Of a stretch of DNA of 64,000 nucleotides, positions 15,001-21,158 are shown piece by piece. This stretch comes from Patescibacteria group bacterium (GTDB lineage: Bacteria; Patescibacteriota; Minisyncoccia; Phycocordibacterales; UBA918). The notes below the pieces were generated by a model. It was not told where the DNA came from, did not search any database, and was given only the letters and a program-made list of their open reading frames with translations. Each line of letters starts with the position of its first letter. The first letter of the stretch is position 1. The stretch covers positions 8,573 to 72,572 of the forward strand of contig JBCCYW010000003.1 in NCBI GenBank assembly GCA_039188945.1. Direction: 5' to 3'. The position numbers were made by a program, and so were the translations under genes.

Positions 15001-18000
15001 AACCACCCGTACTATCTTGGATCTCAAGCGAGACACTGCCAAAGCGAGGTGAACACACAACTGCTACATACGCCGCATCATTAGTCATGGCGTAACGAGT
15101 ACCAAACTCCATTTGTGGCCAGAACATTGTTGACTCATTACCGTCAGCGTCAGCTTGTTGAAGAGCCGTAACCGGTACCGTACTGCCGGTATAGCGAGCA
15201 GCCGGACCGGCTCCTTCAGAGTCAGCTCCGGTATCACATGTCACCTCAGCTTCATGATCACCCCGACTGACTGCAATACCGGTAGCACTTGAGCCGTCTG
15301 AACAAAACACATCAACTGTTGTACCCTGGACAGCAGAAAGATGAATGTTTTGTGTGTAGACACCGAAGAGGTCGCGAGTAGTTGGCGGATACGAAACAAT
15401 ACCATCGCCAGGAGTTGAGTTCTTATGTGTTACCACTGCTGGTAAGGTTGAGGTAATAATTGCACCAGCCCCATCAACTCCTTGACCAGAATCAGTAATA
15501 TCCAGATTAGCAGTGCCAGCCGAAGATGTCGCTACATTGAAAGTAGCACCAGCCGAGGCTGAAGCCGCTTCAAACACCCGTACAGTCGTGCTACCGAATG
15601 GAGAGAATGCGTACCAATCATTAACAGCCCGGTTCGTACCGATAGCATGGGTGGTGGTAGCAAAGCTAATTGGTGCGATCGAGTCAGTACTATCTTGCGT
15701 GTTTCCAGTTTGACCAGAGACAGTACCAGAAATAGGACCGAGAGCGCGAATGATGGTGTTTTCATCGACTGTCGTCGTACTAATCGACTCACCCTGGTTT
15801 AACGTTGTGGTCGCCAGACCATCAAAAGAGACCTGATTGTTATCGATGAGGCTCTGAATCGAAACTGAAGACACATCATCATCGACAATGTAGAACAGTT
15901 CAGTCAATCGACTATACGTAAAAGTGTCCACTTCATTACTGGTCGAAGTCACTCCAGAAGCACCGTAGTACAACCAAATAAGGGCTGTGCCACCGGCTGG
16001 AATCTCATCTACTTGCACCCATATATCGGCCTCTTGGGTTGATGAGCTGAAGTGCTGGATCCAGTAATCGAGCTCAACAAAATCAACCTCCTGAAGGGTT
16101 TCGGCGGTAGATGTACTTATGAATGTCGTCGGATTAGCGAGCGTTTCATATTCAAGATCAGCCCAATTGTCATCTCGAGTCGTGCTGGCAATACGCAATT
16201 CATCCATAAGACCGATAAATTGGTTTGAGGTATCAAAACTACCGACGGTCGTTTGTTCCTGACCGATAACCAACCCACCGTTCGCGACCAAAATTGCATC
16301 AATCGGTACCTCATCTTGAGTGCCGTTACCATTCTCACCATCAGGCACTCCGTTAAGGTAGAACGCCACCGTATCCTCAGAATCATCACCAGACAGGAGG
16401 AAGTGATCCCATTGATCATCACCCCAGTTTTGCCCATTGTCATAGCCTGTACTTTCGTTGTTAGCACTATGGACGAAGAAAATTTCATCGTCACCCGAGC
16501 CATCAAACTCAAGAGCAACTCGAAACTCATCATCTTCAACGACATTCGCAGCACTCAAGATAGTTCGCTCATCGGTCGCAGCTGCAACCGGCACTTTATA
16601 GAAACCAGAGACAGCGATATCAGTCACACCGGTAAGTGCCTCATCTGGCAGGTCAATATGGTCACCACTCGAATCACCAAGCTCGAGACCGCGACCAACA
16701 ATACCAGTCGTGTCATCAGAGGAGTTCTCATCATCACCATGGTACTCATTACTGGTTGAATCAAGATACACCTCATCATTACCAACCCCAGCTGCATCTT
16801 GGTCAAAGTGGTATACCGCAATAAAGTTATTGGTCCAGACATTGTGTGCCCCGTACACATCATCATCGGCATACGCTAAGGCATCTGGGTTGTCAAAGTA
16901 AATATAGAACTCATTATCCTCAGTACTCGAGAGGTCAGTTTTGAAATGTACTTCACCAAGACCACTTCCCGTATCTACTCGGACCACTTCACGTGGCAAC
17001 TCAACTCCGGCTCGAGTCGTGATGCGAATATCTCGTCCATCACTCGCTACCCCGGAGAAGAAGGTACTACCGAGGGTTCCAAGATCAAGATATACCGGGA
17101 AATTCGTAATATCGGCATCCACATTATCCCGTGAGATAGTGAAGAGCTGGCGCTGATTCCAGCTCGTGCTGTACCACACATCACCACCCGCTGGTACCGC
17201 AATCAGATCAGTACTCGTACTATAGAAACTAGTTGGATTCGCTTGCGTCGTGTACTCAGCGGCAATCCAGCCATCAGTTCGTACCCCATCAGCAAAGCGC
17301 GCTTCATCAACAAACCCATCGAGCAGTTGGTTGCCGCCGTTATTTTGTTCCACATTAGTGTCCTGCTCACTACCAATATTCAACCCATTGATATCAAAGG
17401 TCTGATCTGCATTATCAATATTAGTGTCAGCATAGAGCAGTGCGCCATCGACATACTGCCTCGTCTCATCGTCAAATTCATCACTAGATCTTGTATATAC
17501 ATACTGACGCCACGCACCATCACCAATATTAGACAGCAATACCTGATTGCCGTTTTCCTGACTATTATCGATGAATTGTTCCATCTGAGTAGCGTTTTCA
17601 ATCCAAGCAATCCACTCGTTGTTTTGGGACGTATTAAATCCAGAAAGAAGGGTGTGGTCTAACGAACTCAGTGAGTTGGACGTTTGATACCAGACCGAAT
17701 AGGTCATCTCAAGTTTGCTATCAGCCACTGCAACCGGAATATTAATATGGTCGACCAGGTCAACGCCGGAGGTCGTAGCAATATCAAACTCAACCCCGTC
17801 ACCAAGGCGCCCGGTCGTGCCAGTAGCTGATGTGTCATCTTCAGCGTTAAAGCCATTGCTCGTGCTATCAAGATACTCTCCGATATTATTCTGTCCCGGT
17901 TGGCCTTGATCTTGGAAGTGATACACCGCTGCATAGTTATTGGTCCACACGTTCTGAGAACCAAATTCAGACGTACTCGCGTAGGCGGTGGCATCAGGAT

Positions 18001-21000
18001 TATCGAAGTAAAGGTGAAAGGTACTATCGTCAGCCGTGTTAAGAACCGGCGCCCTAAAGTGCAACTCACCCTGATCACTACCAGTATCAATCCAAACTAA
18101 ATCAGTTGGTACTTCAGTAGCACCATCACTTCGCGTTACTCTGATATCACGACCGTCATTCGTAACGCCACTCCAAAAATCGTCACCAAGTGTCGACAGG
18201 TCAACGTACACTGGGAAATCAACCAAGGTCTCAGTAACTGATGTCGAAGCGATGTTAATTGCCACTCTTCCCTCCCAATTGAGATTGTAGTTGTTCTCAA
18301 CTACCGGACCATTCTCCGGGAAGAGGTTGTTTTCTACCCGCTCTTGAATAAACCGAATATCACTACCATCGTCAGCAACGTTCGTCCAGAAGTCACCAAG
18401 AGCACTGTCAATCTCAAAGAATATCTGCTGCTCAGTCAGTGTCTCGGTGCTGTTTGTGTTATCAATTTGAATTGGGATTCTGTACTGCCACTGACTTGAC
18501 CAGAATGGATCCAAGAGACCGTACTCACTACCGCCCACTGCTTCGATCCAATACTCACCACTGGAGAAAGCTGGGAAACTAACTTCCATCTTGAAGTACT
18601 TAGTTTCTCCAGGACGAATCGCAAACGTGTCAGGGGTGTGTCCATCTACCCTAAAGCTGTTCGGCACAAATTTTCGGTCAGGGCCAAAACCAAAGAACTC
18701 GCCTACTTGTTCAATAAAGCCAGGTTCTGGGAGTGTGCCTACAGCATATGTGGCAGCTTGCCAACCACCTGCATACTTAACCACTTCGTGTTCTCGTACT
18801 TTTACATTATCAACGTGACAAGCTGTGTTATCGCCATCAATTGAATTACAGGCCCGAACAATATTAGTGTTGCGACAGACATATGTCTGGGGTGTTTCGA
18901 TCGCTTCAGTTGTAGTAGCTTGTTCGCTAGTTCCAGTTGCAAGTGCTGTCGCTTGCGTGAACAAACGAGCATCTGTCAGAAGTTGAGAGGTTGTCGTCGT
19001 AGCAGTTGTGCTGGCTGATTCAGTATCTAGCGAAGCTGCTTCGGTCGAAGTAGCTTGGCTACCTTCGGACGGCTCAGATGAAGTAGCAGTTGCTTCTGGT
19101 AGCACTACAGACTCAGCACTAGTTGTTGCTTCAGTTTCGTCCGCCTCAAGTGGATCAACCAACGCCTCAGGAGTGAATGCCCGAGACATATCAAACAGTG
19201 AGTCAGAGATCGGCTCGCCAGAGTACTCCCATCCATCAGCGCAGTGATAGACAAATGGTCTGTATTCAGGAATTGTGACTTGTGTTGGTTTATTCTGATT
19301 CCATTCTTCTAGTGAGACAACCTCTCCCTTGGCATGCGGGAAGTAGGTTTGCAGTGAAAACGTATCTGTATTATTTGAGGTGTTGGTGACATTGAAGTAG
19401 GTCGTGATTTCGGTAAGACCGTTATACGTCAGCTCATCTGATTTGATGATCAAGGTTTCATCGCTATTTTCGTCGGTATTGTCAAACGTAATTTCACGCC
19501 CATCAGGTAGCACCAACACATCTCCTACCAGCGGATCAGGATTAAAGCCATCATCTTCGAGCAAAGTTGCAATGTCAATTGGTTCACCAGTATTTTCGAG
19601 TGTAAACAATTCTAACCACGCACTTTCGACAAAGAGATACTCGACGTGTTCTGGATTATTAGTGAAGCGAAGTTGGAACGTCAGATCTTTGAGAACAGCT
19701 GGGTCTTCAATTGTTGGTAGCGCAAAGAGATAGTATCCGCCATTAATACCATTTGACTGCTCTTCATCAAGTAGAATTTGACCATTTTCTACCCACGACT
19801 CTCCACCATCAAATGAGTAGCGAAGCTCTAATGACGTTACCTCATCACGAGTCTCTTTAGGGGCGCCAGCAAATGACAACCTGAATTGAGCACCGGTAAG
19901 TTCCAGCCCGTCTTCAAAAATTGGCATTGCAAAACCGGACAGAGTAAGTGTGTGGAGTGAACAGTTTTCGACACAGTCGCTCGTGCTCGTCGCCAGACTG
20001 CTGTCGTCAACCGTTTCACTGGTTGTAGCTGAAGACGGAACCTCGTCTATAACTACCTCACCCAGCAGCTCCTCAACCTCGTCTGTAAATTCATTTTCAG
20101 AACTTGTTGTTGTCGCCACCTCTTCCTCCTCAGGCACCTCTTCAACTAAATTTTCTTGTGCACTCAGTGTCTCAGTCGGTAGTATCTCAGTTACTGTTGT
20201 AGTACTTGCTGCTGCTTCTGATTCAGACACAATCTCTTCTGTATCTGTCTCAATGTCTTCACTACTAACAACCGTTTCAGTAGTGGTAGCAGCAGTAGTA
20301 AAGCCAAACACCCGAGTAACAGCACCGAAAGCAAAACTGAACAACGAATCGACTGTCTGGAGCACAGTAGTTGTTGAGGCCGCTTCTTCAGCATCTAGCT
20401 CGTTTGAGGACGTGGTCGCAGCTGAATCTGACTCAACAACATCCGGTACCTCAGGAGTTACCTCGTCTGCCTCAGAAATAGTAGGTTCGGTTGTTGTTGC
20501 AACCACCTCCACTGTTGTCGTTCCATTTTTTACCTCTGGCTCTGCGGGTACGTCAGGGGTGCTCGTGGCAACCACCTCAGTCGTCGTACTAACTTCAGTG
20601 GTAGTAGTAGCTGAAGAAGTAGCACTACCTAAAGAAATTACCGGCTCCTCTACAAGCATCACTTCTTCGTTTTCAAATTCATCTCGAAGCTCGCGCAACG
20701 TTTGATCACCAGTACTTAAGTACGCAGAATTAATTTCATTAAACTCTTGTGATAGGGCATATTGGTCGAGATTTTGGAAGGTCACCGTATCAGCATTCAC
20801 CCAGCCAACAGATTCAATTGACTCAGGGAAAACATTGACGCTACTAACCACAATCTGGCTTTCAGAAAACTGAGCAAACACTGCATATCCTGCAAAACTA
20901 GTTACCACCAGTGCTGTAAGAACAGAAACTTTCTTAATTCCAAACAAAGAAGCACTATTAAACCGCCTCAATTGGTCTTTGAGCGCTGTAAATATCGATA

Positions 21001-21043
21001 TATTGAATTTTTGTCTTGTTTTGTGAGACTCTTTTTTGTTCAC
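1..21043 (-). CDS. Giant modular surface protein/adhesin, at least 7014 aa, 3'-truncated by the window edge (DUF2341, LamG-like, FN3, lectin-like and beta-helix repeats)
   Basis: GTG at 21043 reads VNKKESHKTRQKFN, then a hydrophobic stretch VSVLTALVVTSFAGYAVFA. The same frame translates sensibly at every spot checked (20941, 18001, 15001, 10021, 5041, 661, 1), e.g. DFDDLRFTDSSGVTEIDHWQE...VWVEVP...IYMYYGN near 400-660. The ORF track reports nothing in this frame, consistent with no stop before the edge. Confidence 0.93.
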   Translation of the reverse strand, partial: MNKKESHKTRQKFNISIFTALKDQLRRFNSASLFGIKKVSVLTALVVTSFAGYAVFAQFSESQIVVSSVNVFPESIESVGWVNADTVTFQNLDQYALSQEFNEINSAYLSTGDQTLRELRDEFENEEVMLVEEPVISLGSATSSATTTTEVSTTTEVVATSTPDVPAEPEVKNGTTTVEVVATTTEPTISEADEVTPEVPDVVESDSAATTSSNELDAEEAASTTTVLQTVDSLFSFAFGAVTRVFGFTTAATTTETVVSSEDIETDTEEIVSESEAAASTTTVTEILPTETLSAQENLVEEVPEEEEVATTTSSENEFTDEVEELLGEVVIDEVPSSATTSETVDDSSLATSTSDCVENCSLHTLTLSGFAMPIFEDGLELTGAQFRLSFAGAPKETRDEVTSLELRYSFDGGESWVENGQILLDEEQSNGINGGYYLFALPTIEDPAVLKDLTFQLRFTNNPEHVEYLFVESAWLELFTLENTGEPIDIATLLEDDGFNPDPLVGDVLVLPDGREITFDNTDENSDETLIIKSDELTYNGLTEITTYFNVTNTSNNTDTFSLQTYFPHAKGEVVSLEEWNQNKPTQVTIPEYRPFVYHCADGWEYSGEPISDSLFDMSRAFTPEALVDPLEADETEATTSAESVVLPEATATSSEPSEGSQATSTEAASLDTESASTTATTTTSQLLTDARLFTQATALATGTSEQATTTEAIETPQTYVCRNTNIVRACNSIDGDNTACHVDNVKVREHEVVKYAGGWQAATYAVGTLPEPGFIEQVGEFFGFGPDRKFVPNSFRVDGHTPDTFAIRPGETKYFKMEVSFPAFSSGEYWIEAVGGSEYGLLDPFWSSQWQYRIPIQIDNTNSTETLTEQQIFFEIDSALGDFWTNVADDGSDIRFIQERVENNLFPENGPVVENNYNLNWEGRVAINIASTSVTETLVDFPVYVDLSTLGDDFWSGVTNDGRDIRVTRSDGATEVPTDLVWIDTGSDQGELHFRAPVLNTADDSTFHLYFDNPDATAYASTSEFGSQNVWTNNYAAVYHFQDQGQPGQNNIGEYLDSTSNGFNAEDDTSATGTTGRLGDGVEFDIATTSGVDLVDHINIPVAVADSKLEMTYSVWYQTSNSLSSLDHTLLSGFNTSQNNEWIAWIENATQMEQFIDNSQENGNQVLLSNIGDGAWRQYVYTRSSDEFDDETRQYVDGALLYADTNIDNADQTFDINGLNIGSEQDTNVEQNNGGNQLLDGFVDEARFADGVRTDGWIAAEYTTQANPTSFYSTSTDLIAVPAGGDVWYSTSWNQRQLFTISRDNVDADITNFPVYLDLGTLGSTFFSGVASDGRDIRITTRAGVELPREVVRVDTGSGLGEVHFKTDLSSTEDNEFYIYFDNPDALAYADDDVYGAHNVWTNNFIAVYHFDQDAAGVGNDEVYLDSTSNEYHGDDENSSDDTTGIVGRGLELGDSSGDHIDLPDEALTGVTDIAVSGFYKVPVAAATDERTILSAANVVEDDEFRVALEFDGSGDDEIFFVHSANNESTGYDNGQNWGDDQWDHFLLSGDDSEDTVAFYLNGVPDGENGNGTQDEVPIDAILVANGGLVIGQEQTTVGSFDTSNQFIGLMDELRIASTTRDDNWADLEYETLANPTTFISTSTAETLQEVDFVELDYWIQHFSSSTQEADIWVQVDEIPAGGTALIWLYYGASGVTSTSNEVDTFTYSRLTELFYIVDDDVSSVSIQSLIDNNQVSFDGLATTTLNQGESISTTTVDENTIIRALGPISGTVSGQTGNTQDSTDSIAPISFATTTHAIGTNRAVNDWYAFSPFGSTTVRVFEAASASAGATFNVATSSAGTANLDITDSGQGVDGAGAIITSTLPAVVTHKNSTPGDGIVSYPPTTRDLFGVYTQNIHLSAVQGTTVDVFCSDGSSATGIAVSRGDHEAEVTCDTGADSEGAGPAARYTGSTVPVTALQQADADGNESTMFWPQMEFGTRYAMTNDAAYVAVVCSPRFGSVSLEIQDSTGGFIESATCSPNTTDPGKVLFNGGTDGDTLNYPAGYQVVSTNGVPFYAIYEDRSIQNSGTNVGDEKNLVGTVQARKFGADAFTIAFGQQEMANDADYEQLSFLWYQNGNTETPTSTWPISDSNVTEGESITGSGALQDGDVIRLRMNIEASTATGTENSAAFRLEYGAATAADQCSLIAESNWFEVGQPGSTTAAFSGFDIPLIQDGRILSSTTLASSTVFGTYEERNLSNLIQNEIGVGQVAEFDWVLQATNVDININYCFRMTRSGGAPLTTYTLYPQLETVGPPNVPTLLAFFDNERTATRTPMLEFVSSDIAGDDIDYQVQVANTVDFASPLIDRNSDDNFLEFENINNNGDKAPFSSGNQVRFTSGTSLATGTTYWWRVRADDPNGSATTSEWSSPYSFTVEDLIEVTEWYQTTGDQFSTNELSNMSTSSGEVALASSPATMTSTAIDFDDATFGNAWGEVSWSDTVTSGTSSVQVQFNDSGTWTLIPDSQIPNNSIGATSSPISISELDTSVYNEIRLVATFEGTTVSLQEWSVKWGLRVNTPTLGDSFDNEKFAGLSPVFDFTTTDPQGDNLEYELSISTDIDFLTSSSTFNSSTSPGFSAGNPYASGATVTYTTQTPLTNNTTYWWRVRAKDPNGNDSFSPWSEPDSFTASTSVSVSTWFQTTQEQFDQGELAGVIASSSDSVEITDVVGEFGTISLTNNNWTTVNTQNIYNDMVVVSTPEFDFQAGGQASGRTVRVRNKTSNSFEIKVDNYQNNFTGSTDVDYVVAETGDWTIDDGGSGFRLLAGTQESVSATQVDGYSNTVGEVITFTPAFSGIPVPITTVSTNNDSEWVSSHVDGGGTFQTEVTSSQMRVALALSRHTTSGRSGSEDIDYIVLDATTSTDVGGSVFQSLNSPDGDVDDGGAQVSISGFSTTPAITLIQNNAEDGGQGGFAQKDLGGTSNASNIFVSISEQGSLADGHTQEIVSIVAFENTAGNLTRLNAGDLTGTIAGEDIIFTDGAGPKFDNFSWVDSTPATSDILYQLQYQVSDGVYALIPDSAIPGNSTGTTTSPIDLTNVDINTYGIIRPFATLSCGGGSCPSIDNWQLEWSEGVNMSGIVYEYDRVTPVTSGTIMAAVNNGPALLNTGTIAGDGTWTLANVTAFAGDIITVWVDGAADPDEAVAVFEYDGVGDITGVTLYEQHLSLQADEDSTVFNNNLAAYDNSISGNEDIFFDVDLSGNLNVCAVGSCGNANLYIGPRTTYTASSSQTVSVTTHDFVNDGIVELDGNTFTVSGSWENNATSSTDTSTINLVATSSSETIISTESPLDFHNLSMGAGAGTATYTIATALDLSGSLTVASGTFDRGVNDISLQGNLSTGANATWLGVATTTFDGNAAATWNDDHVSSTTLQNIGNVVIDGVSKFVALTSDVKAYDITIGANDTLSGATYAFYVGGDWTNTGTFLAGSSNVEFIPDDRSYPAAIPGSADWYADISFASRLPIVVQDSEVSGALTNFPTFVDLSTLGSDFWGSVQTDGDDIRITTNDGMTELPYDLVEFDASAETGELHFLADAISSSATTTFYIYFDNPAADGYLATDTYGSYAVWRDYEAVYHFNDDFSTVGTIIPDDSGRGRDLLLLGGAMATTSGQVGVALNASGSAGYLIDTDFSWTSGDRLTTSGWYFLDDFDNETVWEWGTGDGPNDIEFRPWTGGTSGLHYFGRDDGQAAYTINPRTPSIWRHFTTIGVTSTTQFNLVYEDGVQVESVQQGGGADENPSNTGGLRVAGNAGGGAFLGYIDELRIATSSRDASWVEAEYSNQFTPTDFYATSSVEAYTPATTTDEATHNISSGGSSFFDITFADATTSPAFTEPSVVVSGDFTVATGTVALPTSKLNVGGSFINNGVFMHNNNEVEFDGSGSEVITLNGTEFLNQFYDVTFSGSGDWTFTDANATTTNLFAIEDGTVTFPSGALAIGNTLDVSGSGDFTANGGTVVFTSASSVDVTTNNAAFNNVIFGSGVLDSWYAAAWSDRVVIDIASTSVTGAMIDFPVYINLADLGSVFWANVAADGADIRMTSSNGTTELAYELVSIDTNTQTGELHFKAPMLTSGTDNRFYLYYNNVNATAYSPTDTYGRNNVWTNDYLAVYHLGEEVAGTGNIGVYTDSTGNGRDGDDFVDATGTTGFIGQGQEWDEANADYIQIATSTLDGQTDVTVSWWYQTTELNDHAVVSGANSGQFNEVLIRLDNSDEFEWFDEGTVDFVDISLINDGAWRAYHTVRDTDNNIVRFYINAEEDDQSPTLETLDAIDINDGALIIGQDQDSILGGFDGGEELDGFLDELRFSSVVRDAGWITTEYDNQFAPTSFYATSSELFTEAAPVFTLNEANADADGDVTVSGALLIAPSDTFTIGGSALNNSGTYDANNATTTFDSNDLGETIDFGTGIFYNLSFNGVGGGWTLSTTTVENNATLVTGDSFVQAPNTTLSVQNIFRNSFTAASTTWTDSTLVLTGGDYVVTDRLDSGDDYATIEVSGDSDITIWNSTISTSTILDTSSIYMPDFGGNNGELRIFGDYTRTTGAEYWSSATDFDGTDISGSPRQVDVRIASGTSVRLSGSAILNMLGSSTASTTVDAITGTFDLSLSGATLNAQYFTMTGTGVNGFELLDSVSVTNFTNGDFSIASGTTAVTVDASTINAQPSTEYPDLNFASVSGPSVNVTASGTASAFWLFSGGVGDRYGESFDDDDGDPGTIQWDDSNYAISIRGTVYADNGSTTASASVCNGVTQNVTVVLDSGPSYTAACDPTDGSFEVTGIVYVGEPKVTAYLNSEATNGAMDIFLLDELTGSGVGTGAGVTTVTRPTTIEDNSVLVAIIGKNDDPGITPPAGWTLINEFGDAANDDIYTGIWYRVVSDASSEPTSYDFNALNNNQGYSYWIGSFLNVDTTTPIDVSSGWTELLDDGTPETPSVVTTVNNTYVLSSWFVDNDVAVQVASDEGWDTRAYNIVGTNNVNLSVISRQFATPSTTQSIEMVGVPGTRDPHVGTFALQPAATPPTATTSVSAAVVTQTPLGTPTDPVYEDIAVRDSSFDQQQFATGATVVLTTPSVVTNDVLVVIIGKDDDPTVSAPAGWTEIATRGENAEADVFGGAWYRVVTDATTEPATHTFTNNDGTDEIAYWIGSLSGVDVTSPLDVATTWDYQLNDNSPAAESITTVTDKAQVFAAWMVIGDTNVDMPLDWETLVEDSLSPAGNTDRLFAVSTKLQEEFGATGDAEITSLGNQDSMTIQFAMRPQEQAVPSRIEGFDIYANQVIVRHEDIAALTIADMTRFDNDNDSDIPFTASTSTSPDLLTVLPGSGLYVWDSKQFIPGGEINLSGYGTTEQDGTLSIGNGGTLTMAGTDPVTIGGGFYGENGAVFSGASSTVTFTATNTGQTIDSRASSTFTFYDIDFTGVGGGWAVQTPIISQTGINLATGTVSGVSDVTVESGSFSGNGLVNMTGGTVAIERNNTLGGTQGWTFNNLTLGNVTDSDSTTMASDATTTVRSVLTISTNHLLDGGEATFDLTGSGNVFATNGTFQQGTSTVRYSGATPNIDRTPYYNLRIDTDAGGDVVATGPSTNLQVFNSLTVGNQGTSTLDLNTNDPALAVAELIYIGQLGTIEASDTATLEAFGSWDNDGVFAANGGTVRFGEVVSNEAIAAGSSPFADLTIDGLGTFTMTEHATVTGDMVLGAGNFTMSGGQVLSVGNTFTNSMLGGATNWTGSTLRLYGDQAYDVNAKTTSQTYGAIVTASSTQPRFWNATSTSITTNDASSVYSRNHAGVDGALNIYGEYRNSGFDDYWSYNEDFDGAALGGGARQAAVLVEAGGSVLYTGGSLTVLGSSTATTSIDALTVGTYDFRLGGSTDVNMNYYQFRDTTADGLTFSGSPDVTDLSHGDFEIAIAGGSGMTVGGSVISANPAPNYTNIRFATTTAISAFNVTATGSAASSWRFVNVPGNLAGEDFDNDPGDDPGLLVWEDSAAIINIEGTVYSDDGVTESGIGICDGATANIFLSMDGLTFASTSCAIGSADYTFSGISYGLSDVITVYIGNGAGSGVVVSQDPLSSIGNMDIYENRVIVRHESGDPLTIDDMDTWDSDDDADIPFTATGGSPDTLVLPSNHKLVVWESKTFAPDGDVTVSGGGAGADFDGTVELLSNATFQMAAGEEHSIGGSLITAAGAVFDASTATTTFTTTGAARTININDDDFYNLVFNGTGSWTVTDTTLTTGSNFLIQNGAVTLPSGTTTIGASFVNSGGSFDSNGGRIVFDATSSGNTVTFGGSDTRSVLFAGTGGGWTMADTNATTTDYFRVATGSVTLPSGVLAVGADFIVNDTITNNSGTVRLATSSGAYTVTLSGNDLNNLFIDNFGSYTFSDVSASLLGDLDITTGASLAIGDGTFSIGGSLAATGTLATASSSILFNSGDTGELIYPGNNVFYDVVFGGALGGWTVGANATVTNNLSLSAATTYIQSSGTTLYVGGVFTNNIGAATTWLGSTLVLDSGSIYETNSKSTPAELYDTVILGENTDVSTWNASSTNLTVPVTSSLYSQDHANNDGDLAIFGDYNITSGTEYWSYATDFDGAALGGSSRAVDVFIASGATTTLVSGTLEIIGIANSTTTISTPGSGQYSIQVLAGVFNAEYFDFEDLDTNGLQFSGTPTITSLDNGGFTQALNGASLITLASTTLNANAGLIITGSRFTDGGFTGGINVNLDATTTNSWTFTGHTGNLSGEVYDQDGTDACSSIRWDDSDCLLTEQAHYRWRNDDGGEGAPPGTWYDNNWSSRQRIRIDNNDLSTTTNAAVKMVVPYDADMQTDFDDLRFTDSSGVTEIDHWQERFSTGVSADVWVEVPTLGADKVTEIYMYYGNVSASSTSSSSEVFIVVDDFEDNNLDEYGGDKGLFSTNATFAFGGGFGLDTSGFETSRAPDGIFSTTSVVSQGEIIRYMQYVDTTPGAGAENEACAMFGVQTPGLDNDNYGVCLELFGTERISLVKNVEST

Positions 21044-21096
21044 ACCACAAGCCACCCAAGATTCTGCGCAGGCAGAAATTGGGCTAATTATAATTA

Positions 21097-21127
21097 TATC
21101 GCGCAGTCCTAGATGGACTGCGCGATA
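21097..21127. terminator. 13-bp perfect hairpin between the cohesin gene and the giant gene (terminator/attenuator or processing stem)
   Basis: TATCGCGCAGTCC-TAGAT-GGACTGCGCGATA; weak U-tract; followed on the minus strand by a TATAAT box. Confidence 0.55.
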
Positions 21128-21158
21128 CGCCTCAAATATGTGGATTGGTCAGTGTTTT

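Noticed and set aside
79-20705. Dozens of 60-250 aa ORFs listed in the track over the first 21 kb
   Set aside because: Antisense or off-frame shadows of the single giant minus-strand ORF; Ser/Val/Pro-rich, no motifs
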